64,000 nt of DNA from a virus. Taxonomy: Duplodnaviria; Caudoviricetes. The stretch is taken from the IMG/VR virus record IMGVR_UViG_3300037400_006004, positions 32,001 through 96,000 of that record; one strand, written 5' to 3'. Below, in pieces: positions 38,387-48,198 of the stretch (positions are counted from its first letter, which is position 1; every line of letters starts with the position of its first letter). The notes beneath the pieces are model-generated. The model was not told the DNA's origin. It did no database searches and saw only the letters and a list, made by a program, of their open reading frames with translations. The position numbers and the translations under genes are program-made.

Positions 38387-39301
38387 TTATTTTAAATAGT
38401 AATATAATTGATTAATATATTTATCAATAGTATTCCATTCTACTAAAAAACTAGTATTACATAATACATTATATTTAGCATTAATTGGAACATCACTAAA
38501 TATAAATAATCTATCTTCAATATATAAAAGAGCATCAAAATATTGAAGTATCTTTTTATAATTGTCTTTAATATTTGGCATAGGTTTAATATAAATATCA
38601 AAACCTTCTTTACTTCTATAATCAAAATTTTCAACAATACTAAATTTCTTTAAAGCATAATTAGCTGAAGCAGGACTATCACTTTGAATTATAATTTTAC
38701 CAACATAACCTTTTCTAGGATAACCTTTTTCTTGTGATGTATAATTTAGATTAATAATATTTATAAGATTTCTGTTAAATTTATCAAGATGATATTTTTG
38801 TAAATATTCTATGATATCATCTCCATCAAATTTAGACTCATTAGCTTTTAAAGAAAATACTACCATTGTATCATGAGGAATGAGATTAGTATTAAGCATA
38901 TATATTAATATACTATTTAATATAGCTGGATTCATAAATCCTTTAATACAAAGAGATTCATTTTCTCCACCAGTATTTCCTGTTGTTAAATAAGTTTTTC
39001 TTTCTTTAGTAGGAAATTCATAAGTAATACTTTCACATTCTTCTTTTTGTATAGAGTATTTATTATCAATAGGACAAATAATAATACTTCTTAAAGATTG
39101 CATTGAAATATTTTTTGCTCTTACTGTAATTAACCTATTTTGAATATATTCAAGTGTATATTTATTCAAATCAATATAATCTAAAATATTCTTAAATTTT
39201 GGCACATCCATAAAGTATTTATCTCGTACACTTGTATACATACAATTTTTATTAAAATCGTTCAAAATAGTGAAGAACTTATCTTTATTAATAGTAAACA
39301 T
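38387..39301 (-). CDS. Hypothetical protein
   Basis: Likely start MFTINK after GAGGTGA; the upstream part of the track ORF overlaps another gene. Confidence 0.65.
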   Translation of the reverse strand: MFTINKDKFFTILNDFNKNCMYTSVRDKYFMDVPKFKNILDYIDLNKYTLEYIQNRLITVRAKNISMQSLRSIIICPIDNKYSIQKEECESITYEFPTKERKTYLTTGNTGGENESLCIKGFMNPAILNSILIYMLNTNLIPHDTMVVFSLKANESKFDGDDIIEYLQKYHLDKFNRNLINIINLNYTSQEKGYPRKGYVGKIIIQSDSPASANYALKKFSIVENFDYRSKEGFDIYIKPMPNIKDNYKKILQYFDALLYIEDRLFIFSDVPINAKYNVLCNTSFLVEWNTIDKYINQLYYYLK

Positions 39302-39365
39302 ATTCTCACCTCTTATCAAAAAAAAATTATAAATGATTGTTGAGGGATAAAAAAAAATGACGGCC

Positions 39366-39659
39366 TTATTCAAGGCCGTCATAAGTATCAGCCAATTCAA
39401 TGGCCTTTTCAAATTCTCCTTCTGCCATATATCTCTGAAAAATAGATCTAACGGCAGGAGTTGCTTGAGGTCTAGTCTGCATTGAAGACAACTGTTCATT
39501 AAACATTTCAGCAGCTGTCTTATGCTGTTCAGCGATTGCCTCAGCAATGTCTTTTTGCTGAGCCTCTAACAGTTCAGCAAAAATTTTTCCAGAACTTTCA
39601 GCATAAATTCTTTCCTTGCTAATATTTACATTAGCAAGATTTTTTGAAATATTAGACAT
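39366..39659 (-). CDS. Small early helical protein
   Basis: SD AAGGAGGT; early motif 39699..39712; terminator 39357..39382. Confidence 0.7.
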   Translation of the reverse strand: MSNISKNLANVNISKERIYAESSGKIFAELLEAQQKDIAEAIAEQHKTAAEMFNEQLSSMQTRPQATPAVRSIFQRYMAEGEFEKAIELADTYDGLE

Positions 39660-39741
39660 ATTTATACCTCCTTTTATTTAATGTCTTATTTCAAAATTAT
39701 AATATATATTTAATCATAATATTTAATACTCTTTTTGTACA

Positions 39742-39753
39742 AACATTTTTTTA
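39742..39753 (+). promoter_or_regulatory. Late-type promoter AACA-N6-TA (sheath)
   Basis: AACAttttttTA, about 165 nt before the sheath ATG. Confidence 0.6.
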
Positions 39754-39918
39754 TAAAATTATAAAGATATTTATTAAAAATGATTACTAGATGAATTTAA
39801 GCTAAATTTTGAAGAAAGGAAAGATTGTCTAGTTTAGTAATCAAAGATGTCTTGGCTTAGGCATTATATAGTTTATAATCTATATATTTTTATTCAAATG
39901 ACAATCAAAGTGATTAAT

Positions 39919-42900
39919 ATGGCTAGTGAAATTACTTTAAAATATCTTCACCCTTCTATAAAGACATATATCACTACTGAGAACTATAAATATGACACTT
40001 CTGTTAGGAGAGAAGTTCTCTTTGTGGCAGACGTCTTTGATCATGGTAAAGATAATGTATTACAGGAAGTAAATACTCTTAGTGAATATTTATTTAAGTA
40101 TGGTACTCCTAATCTTAAAAAGTTCGGTCAAGCTGGTTATAACGTTGAAAGATGGTTAACTAATGGTGGTTCTGCTGTTATTATGAGACTTCTTCCTGAA
40201 GATGCTTCTTATGCACATGCAGTACTTAATATTCAATATAAGAATGCAACTAATGGTAAAACTGTTATAGATGCAAATGGTAATGATACTAAAATTAATG
40301 ATGTTTATCTCAGACCTTTAGTAGCATATATTGGTGTTAATAATACTTCCGAAAAACTCTTAGAAAGTGAATTAGCTGAAGATCGTACAGGCTATCCTAC
40401 TACAGATGGTTATATTGATAACTTTATTTTTGCAGTATATCCAGAAGGAAGAGGTGAATATTACAACGATCTTGGTTTTAGAATTCGTTTAAATCCTTCT
40501 TATGATGGAGTTCTTACTTCCAGAGTTTATACCTTTGAAGTTATTAGATATACTTCTGACTCAACTTTCGATATCATTGATGGACCATATTTTGTAACAT
40601 TTGATCCTGATGCAATTGATCCTAATAGTCAAAAGTCTATGTTTATTGAAAATGTTGTTAATAGTTATTCTGATTATATTAAAGTTAAGTTTAACACAGA
40701 TAATTATATTAAGCTTGCTTCTGTTATCAATGATGAAGTTGATCCTTATATTATTGATGTTATTAGTGGTCAGTCTAGAATTCTTCCTAGCGGTGAAAGA
40801 GAAACTTATTTTAGTACTGTTACTAATAAAGATGAAGATGTCCATGTTTCCTTAAGAAAATATTCTTCTAATGGAATTGCTCTTCAGGAAAATGGAGATT
40901 ATATTTTAAATATTTCAAATAATGATGAAACTACTTCTGATATTGTTGATATTGCTGATAATTCTCGTAGAGTTATTTATAATAATCAAAAATATGTAAC
41001 TGATTATATGAGAGGTTACTATAACTGGTTAATTCAAGACAGAATTCCACAAAATCTTAATAAAATTATCGCTGGTAATATTGAAAGCGGCTATTTAAAT
41101 ATGGGTGGTCTTCTTTTAGATAAAGTTGAAAACCTTATTTATGCTAATGAAAAGAACTCTGATCTTTATACTTATTCTTATGATAATGCGGAATTTTCTT
41201 CTAAATATGTAGGTAGAAAAACTTCTGAAACCGTAGCTCAAAATGCAAATAATGCTTGGTATCTTAGAACACAAGAGATTATTAACCCAGGCTTAAAAAA
41301 TAAAGAAGGTAAATATGTTGGTAGTAAAATAGGTGGAGTTGTAACTACTGGTTATGAAAATGGAGACCAAGTATTTACATCTACTTCAGAAATGGCTGCA
41401 ACAATTACACCTGATGGATATATTGAAAAGACTAATCAGCATTTAATTAGTTATTATCATAATTTCATGAAGTATATTGAATTTGTAACTAATTATGACG
41501 TTTACAATAATTGTGGTTTTGTAATTTCAGAAGATTATCTTAATGCAGATAAATATTTTGAATCAGTTGACGATGAAGCTCCATTATATGCAATTTATTC
41601 TAGTAATGGTAGTACTGATCTTTATAAGAATATTTATCATTTAGATAATGGTAATTTAGAAACTATTAAGAAAGAAAATTTCTTAAATGAAGGATATACT
41701 TCTATTTTTGACATGGTTCTTAAAAATCTCTACGGTGATAAAATTGTTGAAAATGGAGGAACTAGAACTGCTGAAGCATTTTGGAGTCCAGTTGGTACTG
41801 CTGGTATTGGTGAAGCACCAGAAAATGCATTTAGTTATGCTAAAGAAGATGAGAATAAAATAGTTCTTTATCCAATGTTTATAGATGATACCTATACAGA
41901 TAATGATTTATATATTCCAATTATTAATCTTAATACTTATAATGAAGATGGAATTATCAATGTATTAGGAGATTATATTAAAGTCGTTGATATAGTTGGT
42001 AATACTAGAATTCAACCAATCAAAGGAACTACTTTAAGTGCTGGTAGTGTTGCATCTTCAAAATATTTAAGACCATATATTTTAGATTATCTTTATAATA
42101 TTTCAACAGAACGTTACAATGATAACGGAGTTCCTGCTGGATATACTGATAATTATTGCGTTATTAATACAGCTAAACCAGATACCTCTAAGATAAATAT
42201 TGAAATTAATACAGATATAACTCAAAATATGACAGATTTAGGTAATTTCTATTCTGTTGATGGTTATTATAAATTCTTATATAATATTGTAAACCATTTT
42301 GATGGTGATATTAATTATAATGACTATTTAATTTTAGTTGATGGTAATAATGGAGTAATAGCTGATGTAGAAAATTATAATGATTATAAAGCTAAAAAAG
42401 ATAACTTAAATTATATTGAAATTAAATTAACTGACGTTATTAAGTTTGTAAATGCAATAATTGCAGACACAATTAACGTTGAAGCAAGCACTGGTAGGGT
42501 TTATTATCCAAATTCTACAAATAAATTTAATATGGTAAATATTTCTCTTACCGCATTTGATATGTGTTATGATAAAATAATTGGACCACCTGAAAAGATT
42601 CTTAAAACTAATGTTGGAAGAATTATTACTGATTTTTATTTTAAGAAAGATAATATTGGTAGTGGTATAAATGTATTTAACTCTGTTTTTGATGAAAGAC
42701 TTAAAAATGGAAAATTAACTAATTCATTTAATAAAGTAAACTCTTATGCTTCTTTAATTAGTAAAGAATTAGACGGAAAGGGTAAAGATACTATTATAGA
42801 CGATATTACTACTAAGAAAATTGAAAATCTTGATTATAGTGATTATTCATTAACTACTATGCTTAATGTTTTCGTTGGTGGTTTTGAATCTATTGTTAAT

Positions 42901-44922
42901 AATATGGGTTCTGTTACAGATTACTCTAATTATTCTTCACTTAAATATTTAATGAAGACTGTTAATAATAATCTTGATCTTAGATCAACTTATTTAACTC
43001 TTCTAAATGTACACAAGAATAATATTCTTGATTTAAGTACTGATTTAGCTAAGGCTAATGCATCTGTTATTCTTGGCGAAGAAACTCTTGAAACACTTTA
43101 CTCTGCAATGGATACTGTTGTAGCTGAAACTAACTATTTAATAACAAATATCATCTTTACAATTCTTAATAAGACATATACTATTTATGATCTTGAAACA
43201 ATGTATAAAGCTACAGATGGTACAACTCCATATACTTATTATTTTTCTGATAATATTCGTCCTGATGGAGAACTTAAATATAATGAAATTGAACAAATAG
43301 TCGATCCATTAGGTATTAATAACAATCTTAATAATTATGGCAAGAAAGATGACAATACTCGTTATGTTGGTATTCTTCCACTTCTTGAAAAGATTCTTAT
43401 TAATATTACAGGTCAAAATCATTATGGAGAGAATAGAGACCCAATTTATGGTGGTCAAGCTCTTATCTCTATATATGATGATATTAAGAATGGTTATGTT
43501 CTTGGTGGTCTAACACAAGAAAGATATGAAACTATTTATAAAATTCTTTCTGAAAGTTTAGCTCAACTTATTGATATTCATAGTATTATTAACGTTTTAG
43601 TTAATGAAAAATATATAACTGATATTATTAATACTTTAATTGGTACTATTGATATTAAAAATACTATTATTAAATATAATGGCTCAACTTATTCCGTTAA
43701 TACTCTTTGGGATTTCTATAATTCTGATGCGAATAATGGACAGCTTACTCAAACAGATGTAGTTAATCTTATTAACAATTCTCTTAAGATAAGCTTAAAT
43801 ACTCAGCCATTACCACTTAATAATGAAGAAGCAGATAGCGATCCAGTAATCAACTATCCTTATTCATGTAAAACTGATATCGAAGATACTATCAACATAG
43901 CTAAAGATAATAAAGATATCGTACAAAATAATATTAATAAACAAGATAGAGTACTCGCTTCTCTTAATACTCTCTGTTATGATAACCTTGTTACTAATGT
44001 TACTGCTCCATTAAGTTTAATGGAAGGTTCTGATGGATCATTCGCTTATGATGATTCTACAACTGCAGCTCTTAAGGCTCGTCAGCATCGTATTAATGAT
44101 ATTCGTATCAAGGCTTATAAGGGTACTTGGAATGAAGATGTTCTTAATAAGGATCTCTTCGAGTTTGATCATATCCTTGATGCTAACTATGAAGATCCAG
44201 TTAAGAATGCTATCGTTACTCTTGCAAGAGATGAAAGACAAGACTTCTTCTACTGGGCTGACACTAAGATTCAAAATACAGTTCAAGATGCAATTGATTG
44301 GAAAACTGGCTTTACTAATCAGACTTACTTTATGTCTATAATTTCTCAGTCTCAGGTTTGGTACGATGAATATACTTCTAGAAATATTAATCTTACTTCT
44401 ACATATCTAATTGCAGACATGCTTTGCAGACATATCGACAGTTATGGTATTCATTATCCTATGGCTGGTTCTAGACGTGGTGTAGTTGGCGGATTTATTT
44501 CTAATGACTGGTATCCAAACGAAGAGCAGAAAGAAAAGCTCTATAAGAATAAGATTAACTATCTTGAAAAGGATATTACAACTATTCGTATAGGTTCTCA
44601 AAATACTAATTATCCTACTGGTCCTCTTGGACAGATTAACAATATGCTCGTTCTTCTTAGAATTAAGAGAACTGTTGAAAAGATTGCTAAGACATATCAG
44701 TTCGAATTCAATACTGCTGATACTAGAAGTGCAATGGCTGCTGAAATCAATGTTTACCTCGGTAACTGGATTAATAACGGTGCATGTACTGTTGCTACTG
44801 CTACAGTTTATGCTTCTGATTATGATATCATCCAGAAGATTGTTCGTGTAGACGTAACACTTCAGTTCACTGGAGTTATTGAAAGAATCGTAATTAATAT
44901 AGACTGTCCTGCATCTATCTAA
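39919..44922 (+). CDS. Tail sheath protein with about 1000-aa internal insertion
   Basis: N-terminal YLHPSI...YGTPN...GQAGYN...IMRLLPEDA; C-terminal LMEGSDG, DANY, AGSRRG, YQFEFN, VRVDVTLQFTGVIERIVINI. Confidence 0.9.
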   Translation: MASEITLKYLHPSIKTYITTENYKYDTSVRREVLFVADVFDHGKDNVLQEVNTLSEYLFKYGTPNLKKFGQAGYNVERWLTNGGSAVIMRLLPEDASYAHAVLNIQYKNATNGKTVIDANGNDTKINDVYLRPLVAYIGVNNTSEKLLESELAEDRTGYPTTDGYIDNFIFAVYPEGRGEYYNDLGFRIRLNPSYDGVLTSRVYTFEVIRYTSDSTFDIIDGPYFVTFDPDAIDPNSQKSMFIENVVNSYSDYIKVKFNTDNYIKLASVINDEVDPYIIDVISGQSRILPSGERETYFSTVTNKDEDVHVSLRKYSSNGIALQENGDYILNISNNDETTSDIVDIADNSRRVIYNNQKYVTDYMRGYYNWLIQDRIPQNLNKIIAGNIESGYLNMGGLLLDKVENLIYANEKNSDLYTYSYDNAEFSSKYVGRKTSETVAQNANNAWYLRTQEIINPGLKNKEGKYVGSKIGGVVTTGYENGDQVFTSTSEMAATITPDGYIEKTNQHLISYYHNFMKYIEFVTNYDVYNNCGFVISEDYLNADKYFESVDDEAPLYAIYSSNGSTDLYKNIYHLDNGNLETIKKENFLNEGYTSIFDMVLKNLYGDKIVENGGTRTAEAFWSPVGTAGIGEAPENAFSYAKEDENKIVLYPMFIDDTYTDNDLYIPIINLNTYNEDGIINVLGDYIKVVDIVGNTRIQPIKGTTLSAGSVASSKYLRPYILDYLYNISTERYNDNGVPAGYTDNYCVINTAKPDTSKINIEINTDITQNMTDLGNFYSVDGYYKFLYNIVNHFDGDINYNDYLILVDGNNGVIADVENYNDYKAKKDNLNYIEIKLTDVIKFVNAIIADTINVEASTGRVYYPNSTNKFNMVNISLTAFDMCYDKIIGPPEKILKTNVGRIITDFYFKKDNIGSGINVFNSVFDERLKNGKLTNSFNKVNSYASLISKELDGKGKDTIIDDITTKKIENLDYSDYSLTTMLNVFVGGFESIVNNMGSVTDYSNYSSLKYLMKTVNNNLDLRSTYLTLLNVHKNNILDLSTDLAKANASVILGEETLETLYSAMDTVVAETNYLITNIIFTILNKTYTIYDLETMYKATDGTTPYTYYFSDNIRPDGELKYNEIEQIVDPLGINNNLNNYGKKDDNTRYVGILPLLEKILINITGQNHYGENRDPIYGGQALISIYDDIKNGYVLGGLTQERYETIYKILSESLAQLIDIHSIINVLVNEKYITDIINTLIGTIDIKNTIIKYNGSTYSVNTLWDFYNSDANNGQLTQTDVVNLINNSLKISLNTQPLPLNNEEADSDPVINYPYSCKTDIEDTINIAKDNKDIVQNNINKQDRVLASLNTLCYDNLVTNVTAPLSLMEGSDGSFAYDDSTTAALKARQHRINDIRIKAYKGTWNEDVLNKDLFEFDHILDANYEDPVKNAIVTLARDERQDFFYWADTKIQNTVQDAIDWKTGFTNQTYFMSIISQSQVWYDEYTSRNINLTSTYLIADMLCRHIDSYGIHYPMAGSRRGVVGGFISNDWYPNEEQKEKLYKNKINYLEKDITTIRIGSQNTNYPTGPLGQINNMLVLLRIKRTVEKIAKTYQFEFNTADTRSAMAAEINVYLGNWINNGACTVATATVYASDYDIIQKIVRVDVTLQFTGVIERIVINIDCPASI

Positions 44923-44934
44923 CATATAAATAAT

Positions 44935-44965
44935 TAAGGAGTCAAGATTGACTCTTGACTCCTTA
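44935..44965 (+). terminator. Hairpin between sheath and tube genes
   Basis: taaggagtcaaga/tcttgactcctta; AACA-N6-TA at 44921..44932 just upstream. Confidence 0.55.
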
Positions 44966-44996
44966 TTTTACTTTACTATGAAAGGAGATAACTATT

Positions 44997-45914
44997 ATGT
45001 TAATACCTGGTAAACAAATTAACATTTTCGATATGGATGAGAGCAGAGTTCAGGGCAGCTGGTTTACTGGTAAAATGAATACTCAGAAGCTTGACTTCGA
45101 TCCACTTGTTACTGGTTATGCATTTATCATTTGGACAAAGTTACCTTTCTGGGTTCAGAAGACTTATACCAACTTTGCGGATATGACACAGAAGAATTTT
45201 AAGTCTTTTGACGGTCTTGCAAATATGGAATTACAGACTGCTCAGTACACTCATACATTTAATGCTAATAGCTATGAATACGCTACTTCTATTCAGAAAC
45301 AAAATACTAACTTTACTATCAAGCATCAGGAATTCTCTGGTAACCCAATTAAGAATATGTATCAGTTCTGGATTACTGGTATTCGTGACCCTGAAACTGA
45401 TATTGCAGTTTATCCAAGAGCATTTGGTTGTACTTATGGTGCTAAGAATCACACTGGTGAACTTTTATATATCGTTACACGTCCTGACGCAAATAACGTT
45501 GAAAGAAATAATATTGAGTTTGCTGCTTATTATACTGCAGTAATGCCTACAACCTTACCAATTCAGCATTTTGCTTATAACCAAGGTGACCATAATTCAC
45601 CTGAAATTGATATTAACTTCGTTGGTGACCTTCACTTAGGTCCAGAGGTTGATAACTATGCTGCTGAAGTTCTTCAAGATCAGCATGTTACTATTGCTAG
45701 ACCTTATCCTATTCTTACTACTGCCGATTTTGATCCTAGCAACAGAGATTATAAAGATAGCATGGCTACACCTGATACTACTCTTAATAGTCTTCCTACT
45801 GGTGGCTGGAACAAGCTTAACGATGGTCTTCAGATTGAAATTGGTGATGAAAAGATGCGTGCTCCTGCATGGGATGCTACATCAGGAACTAATTCAAATA
45901 ATAACGGTTTATAA
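44997..45914 (+). CDS. Tail tube protein
   Basis: Follows the sheath gene; DPLVTGYAFI, FTIKHQEFSG, YQFWITGIRDP, YTAVMPT. Confidence 0.8.
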   Translation: MLIPGKQINIFDMDESRVQGSWFTGKMNTQKLDFDPLVTGYAFIIWTKLPFWVQKTYTNFADMTQKNFKSFDGLANMELQTAQYTHTFNANSYEYATSIQKQNTNFTIKHQEFSGNPIKNMYQFWITGIRDPETDIAVYPRAFGCTYGAKNHTGELLYIVTRPDANNVERNNIEFAAYYTAVMPTTLPIQHFAYNQGDHNSPEIDINFVGDLHLGPEVDNYAAEVLQDQHVTIARPYPILTTADFDPSNRDYKDSMATPDTTLNSLPTGGWNKLNDGLQIEIGDEKMRAPAWDATSGTNSNNNGL

Positions 45915-45922
45915 AAATATAT

Positions 45923-45947
45923 CCCTAAGACTTTTATAGTCTTAGGG
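45923..45947. terminator. Bidirectional terminator
   Basis: ccctaagact/agtcttaggg. Confidence 0.8.
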
Positions 45948-45956
45948 GTTTTTATT

Positions 45957-46817
45957 TTAATAATCATCTTCTTCTAACATATCTAGTTCATTTTTTTGTT
46001 TTGCTTCAGGATTAAAGTTAATATTCTTTTCAATTCCATCACTCATTGCTTCTTGATCTACTTCTTTAAAGATTTCATCATAAGAATCCCATTCAAGTGA
46101 AGGTAAGAAATGTTTCTTATAGATTTTCTTCTTAAAGCTAGCTTTTTTAAGTTCATAATCATATCCTAAACCAGCTTGTCCTGTTGGATCTTCTGGATAA
46201 TAAGTAGTAGTAATAAATTCTGCCATTTGCTGTGCATTTTGAACTTGTTCATTCATGTTACCTAATACTAAGTAAATAGGTGTTGGGAATCTAAGTTCAA
46301 GTTCTTCTATATTAATACTAAGATAAGAATTCTTTTTAGTTTTAGTAGCTTTAGTTCTCTTCTTTTTCTTTTCAGCCTTATCTTGAATAAATTCATTCTT
46401 ATAAAGCTCTCTAATAATTTTACTATAAAACTGACCGAATTCTTCTTGGTCGTTAATAATAGCTCTTACAAATGGGTTATTAGTCATTGTAAGTGATCTA
46501 GCAAAATCAATTTCTGCTGTAGAATCAATATAATTATAAGGTACGTTCATACCTGTAATAATTGATTTTAAAAGCATTTGAGTAAACTCATTTTCCATTT
46601 CTACATCCATACCTGGAACTGTATCAATTTCAACACTTCTTTGTCCATCTACAGTAGGAATATAGTAATCTTCAAATGCTCCAACACTATTTAAAATAGT
46701 CGTGATATTTTTAAGATAACCAGAAGTCAATTCCTTAGATTTAATATCACGAATAAATCCTTGGATTGCTCCTTCCATATCATCATCAAGACCTGTTTCG
46801 ACATAAAATGCACGTTT
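45957..46817 (-). CDS. Portal protein, exon 2
   Basis: Begins KRAFYVETG (T4 gp20-like RRIFYIDVG); EDYYIP..DGQRSVEIDTVPG; GMNVP. Confidence 0.85.
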   Translation of the reverse strand, partial: KRAFYVETGLDDDMEGAIQGFIRDIKSKELTSGYLKNITTILNSVGAFEDYYIPTVDGQRSVEIDTVPGMDVEMENEFTQMLLKSIITGMNVPYNYIDSTAEIDFARSLTMTNNPFVRAIINDQEEFGQFYSKIIRELYKNEFIQDKAEKKKKRTKATKTKKNSYLSINIEELELRFPTPIYLVLGNMNEQVQNAQQMAEFITTTYYPEDPTGQAGLGYDYELKKASFKKKIYKKHFLPSLEWDSYDEIFKEVDQEAMSDGIEKNINFNPEAKQKNELDMLEEDDY

Positions 46818-46995
46818 CAAATATCTTCATATAGATTCGCTACATCTATATCGTTCACTTAAGAACTGCTCTATGTCACCATAGACGACTGTTGAATTTC
46901 ACAACAGAAGGAATCATTTCAGATTCGTTGAGACTATATCTTCACCAATATCTAAAAGACTTAGGTGTTTCGCATAGGACTACGCTTGTAGCCAC

Positions 46996-47919
46996 TTAGT
47001 CGTTGAACTTAATTAAAATCTCTTCAGTTAAAATTTTGTCTATATTTTTAAAAGAAGTATAAGGTATTCTTAAAAGATAAATGTTATTATTTTTACAAAA
47101 ATCATTTTTTATTTTATCTCTTTTATGCTGCTCTAATAATTCTTTTTCATTGTTGTAAAATTTAGTTTCAAAATGTTGTGAACCATCAAATTCAATACAA
47201 GTATTAATAGATGGAATATAAAAATCAAAACGTAAAGGTTTTTTATATTTACAATTTTCAAAAATATATTCATCTTTATAATCTATTTTATTTTTCTTTA
47301 AAAACTTTTCAATTTTTAATTCTCCTTCAGATTTATTTTTAGTTTTATTACAAATAGGACATCTAGAACCTTGTAAAAAATGATCAATTGTCATACTAAA
47401 ATTATTATTACATTTATTATGTTTAAAATTTACTTTATTTTTACAATTTATATAGTCATTTTCTAATAAAGTATATTCATTTCCAACTATTTCAAAAATT
47501 TCATTTTTAATTATTGTTATATCTTTTTTAGGATGTCTACAACAATAAGGACAACGGTTACCTTGTAAAAAATGAGTTGGAGTAACAGAATATTCTTTCT
47601 TGCATTTATTATGTTTTATAATAACTTTAGTTTTATTGTTTTTATATTCACTTTTTAATTCATATTCATTATTTGTAATAGATTTTATTTTTAAATTAAA
47701 AGAGTCAGTATTATATTTAACTTTATTAGAACAGAATGGACATTTTCCTTTTTTTGCTAAAAGATTTGAAGGAGAAATATCCCAAATATAGTTACATATA
47801 TTATGCTTAATTGAAATTTTTGTAGAATTATTTTTATATTTACCTAATACAGTATATTCATTATTTAATTTATCATATACGTCTTTTTCAAATTGTTCTT
47901 GTGTTTTCTTTGGAATCAT
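46996..47919 (-). mobile_element. Intron-encoded homing endonuclease (Zn-ribbon repeats plus Vsr-like/EDxHD domain)
   Basis: Three KHNxC...CPxC repeats; RFDFYIP...CIEFDGSQHF...RD; stop overlaps the intron R element. Confidence 0.85.
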
Positions 47920-47947
47920 TATTATACAACCTTTCATGAGTATTTTA

Positions 47948-47959
47948 TATAATAATGTT
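47948..47959 (-). promoter_or_regulatory. Late-type promoter inside the intron, upstream of the endonuclease
   Basis: Reverse complement AACAttattaTA. Confidence 0.55.
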
Positions 47960-48198
47960 CCTTAACTTAATAAAATTTTAATTAAGATGCTGGTTGTCTA
48001 TTATAAATAGCACTTAGGACTCTGTTTTACAGAGCTTTTATTTCACCTTATGCTATCTTGAAGATTTTTTATGTCTTTCGACTGCCATTCACGCTTAGAA
48101 TCACTTCTTACGTTGTAGCTCTTCAAGCTTTAAGAGTTTCCAGCAATTAACGAAATATTTTTTCGCTCAGAATTTCTTCTAAACGGAGACTAACGTTA

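Larger units (their letters stand above)
46818..48198 (-). ncRNA. Group I self-splicing intron in the portal gene
   Basis: 5' splice after U in P1 GAGAU|UAACGUUA-GUCUC with U.G wobble; P AAUUGCUGGAAA; Q ACAACCAGCA; R UUCAACGACUA; S GAAGAUAUAGUC; ends in G before AAA CGT; splicing restores RGRD-KRAFY. Confidence 0.9.

Noticed and set aside
39302-39547. N-terminal extension of ORF 38387..39547
   Set aside because: It overlaps gene 39366..39659 and its terminator; the SD supports a start at 39301.
40800-44000. Intein or intron in the sheath gene
   Set aside because: The frame is continuous, and no intein terminal motifs, LAGLIDADG blocks or group I core elements were seen.
44033-45939. Alternative-frame and antisense ORFs within the sheath and tube genes (e.g. 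44407..44925)
   Set aside because: Explained by codon bias of highly expressed genes; no SD or recognisable motifs.
45957-46820. Independent gene starting at TTG 46820
   Set aside because: The G of that TTG is the intron terminal G; the segment is portal exon 2.
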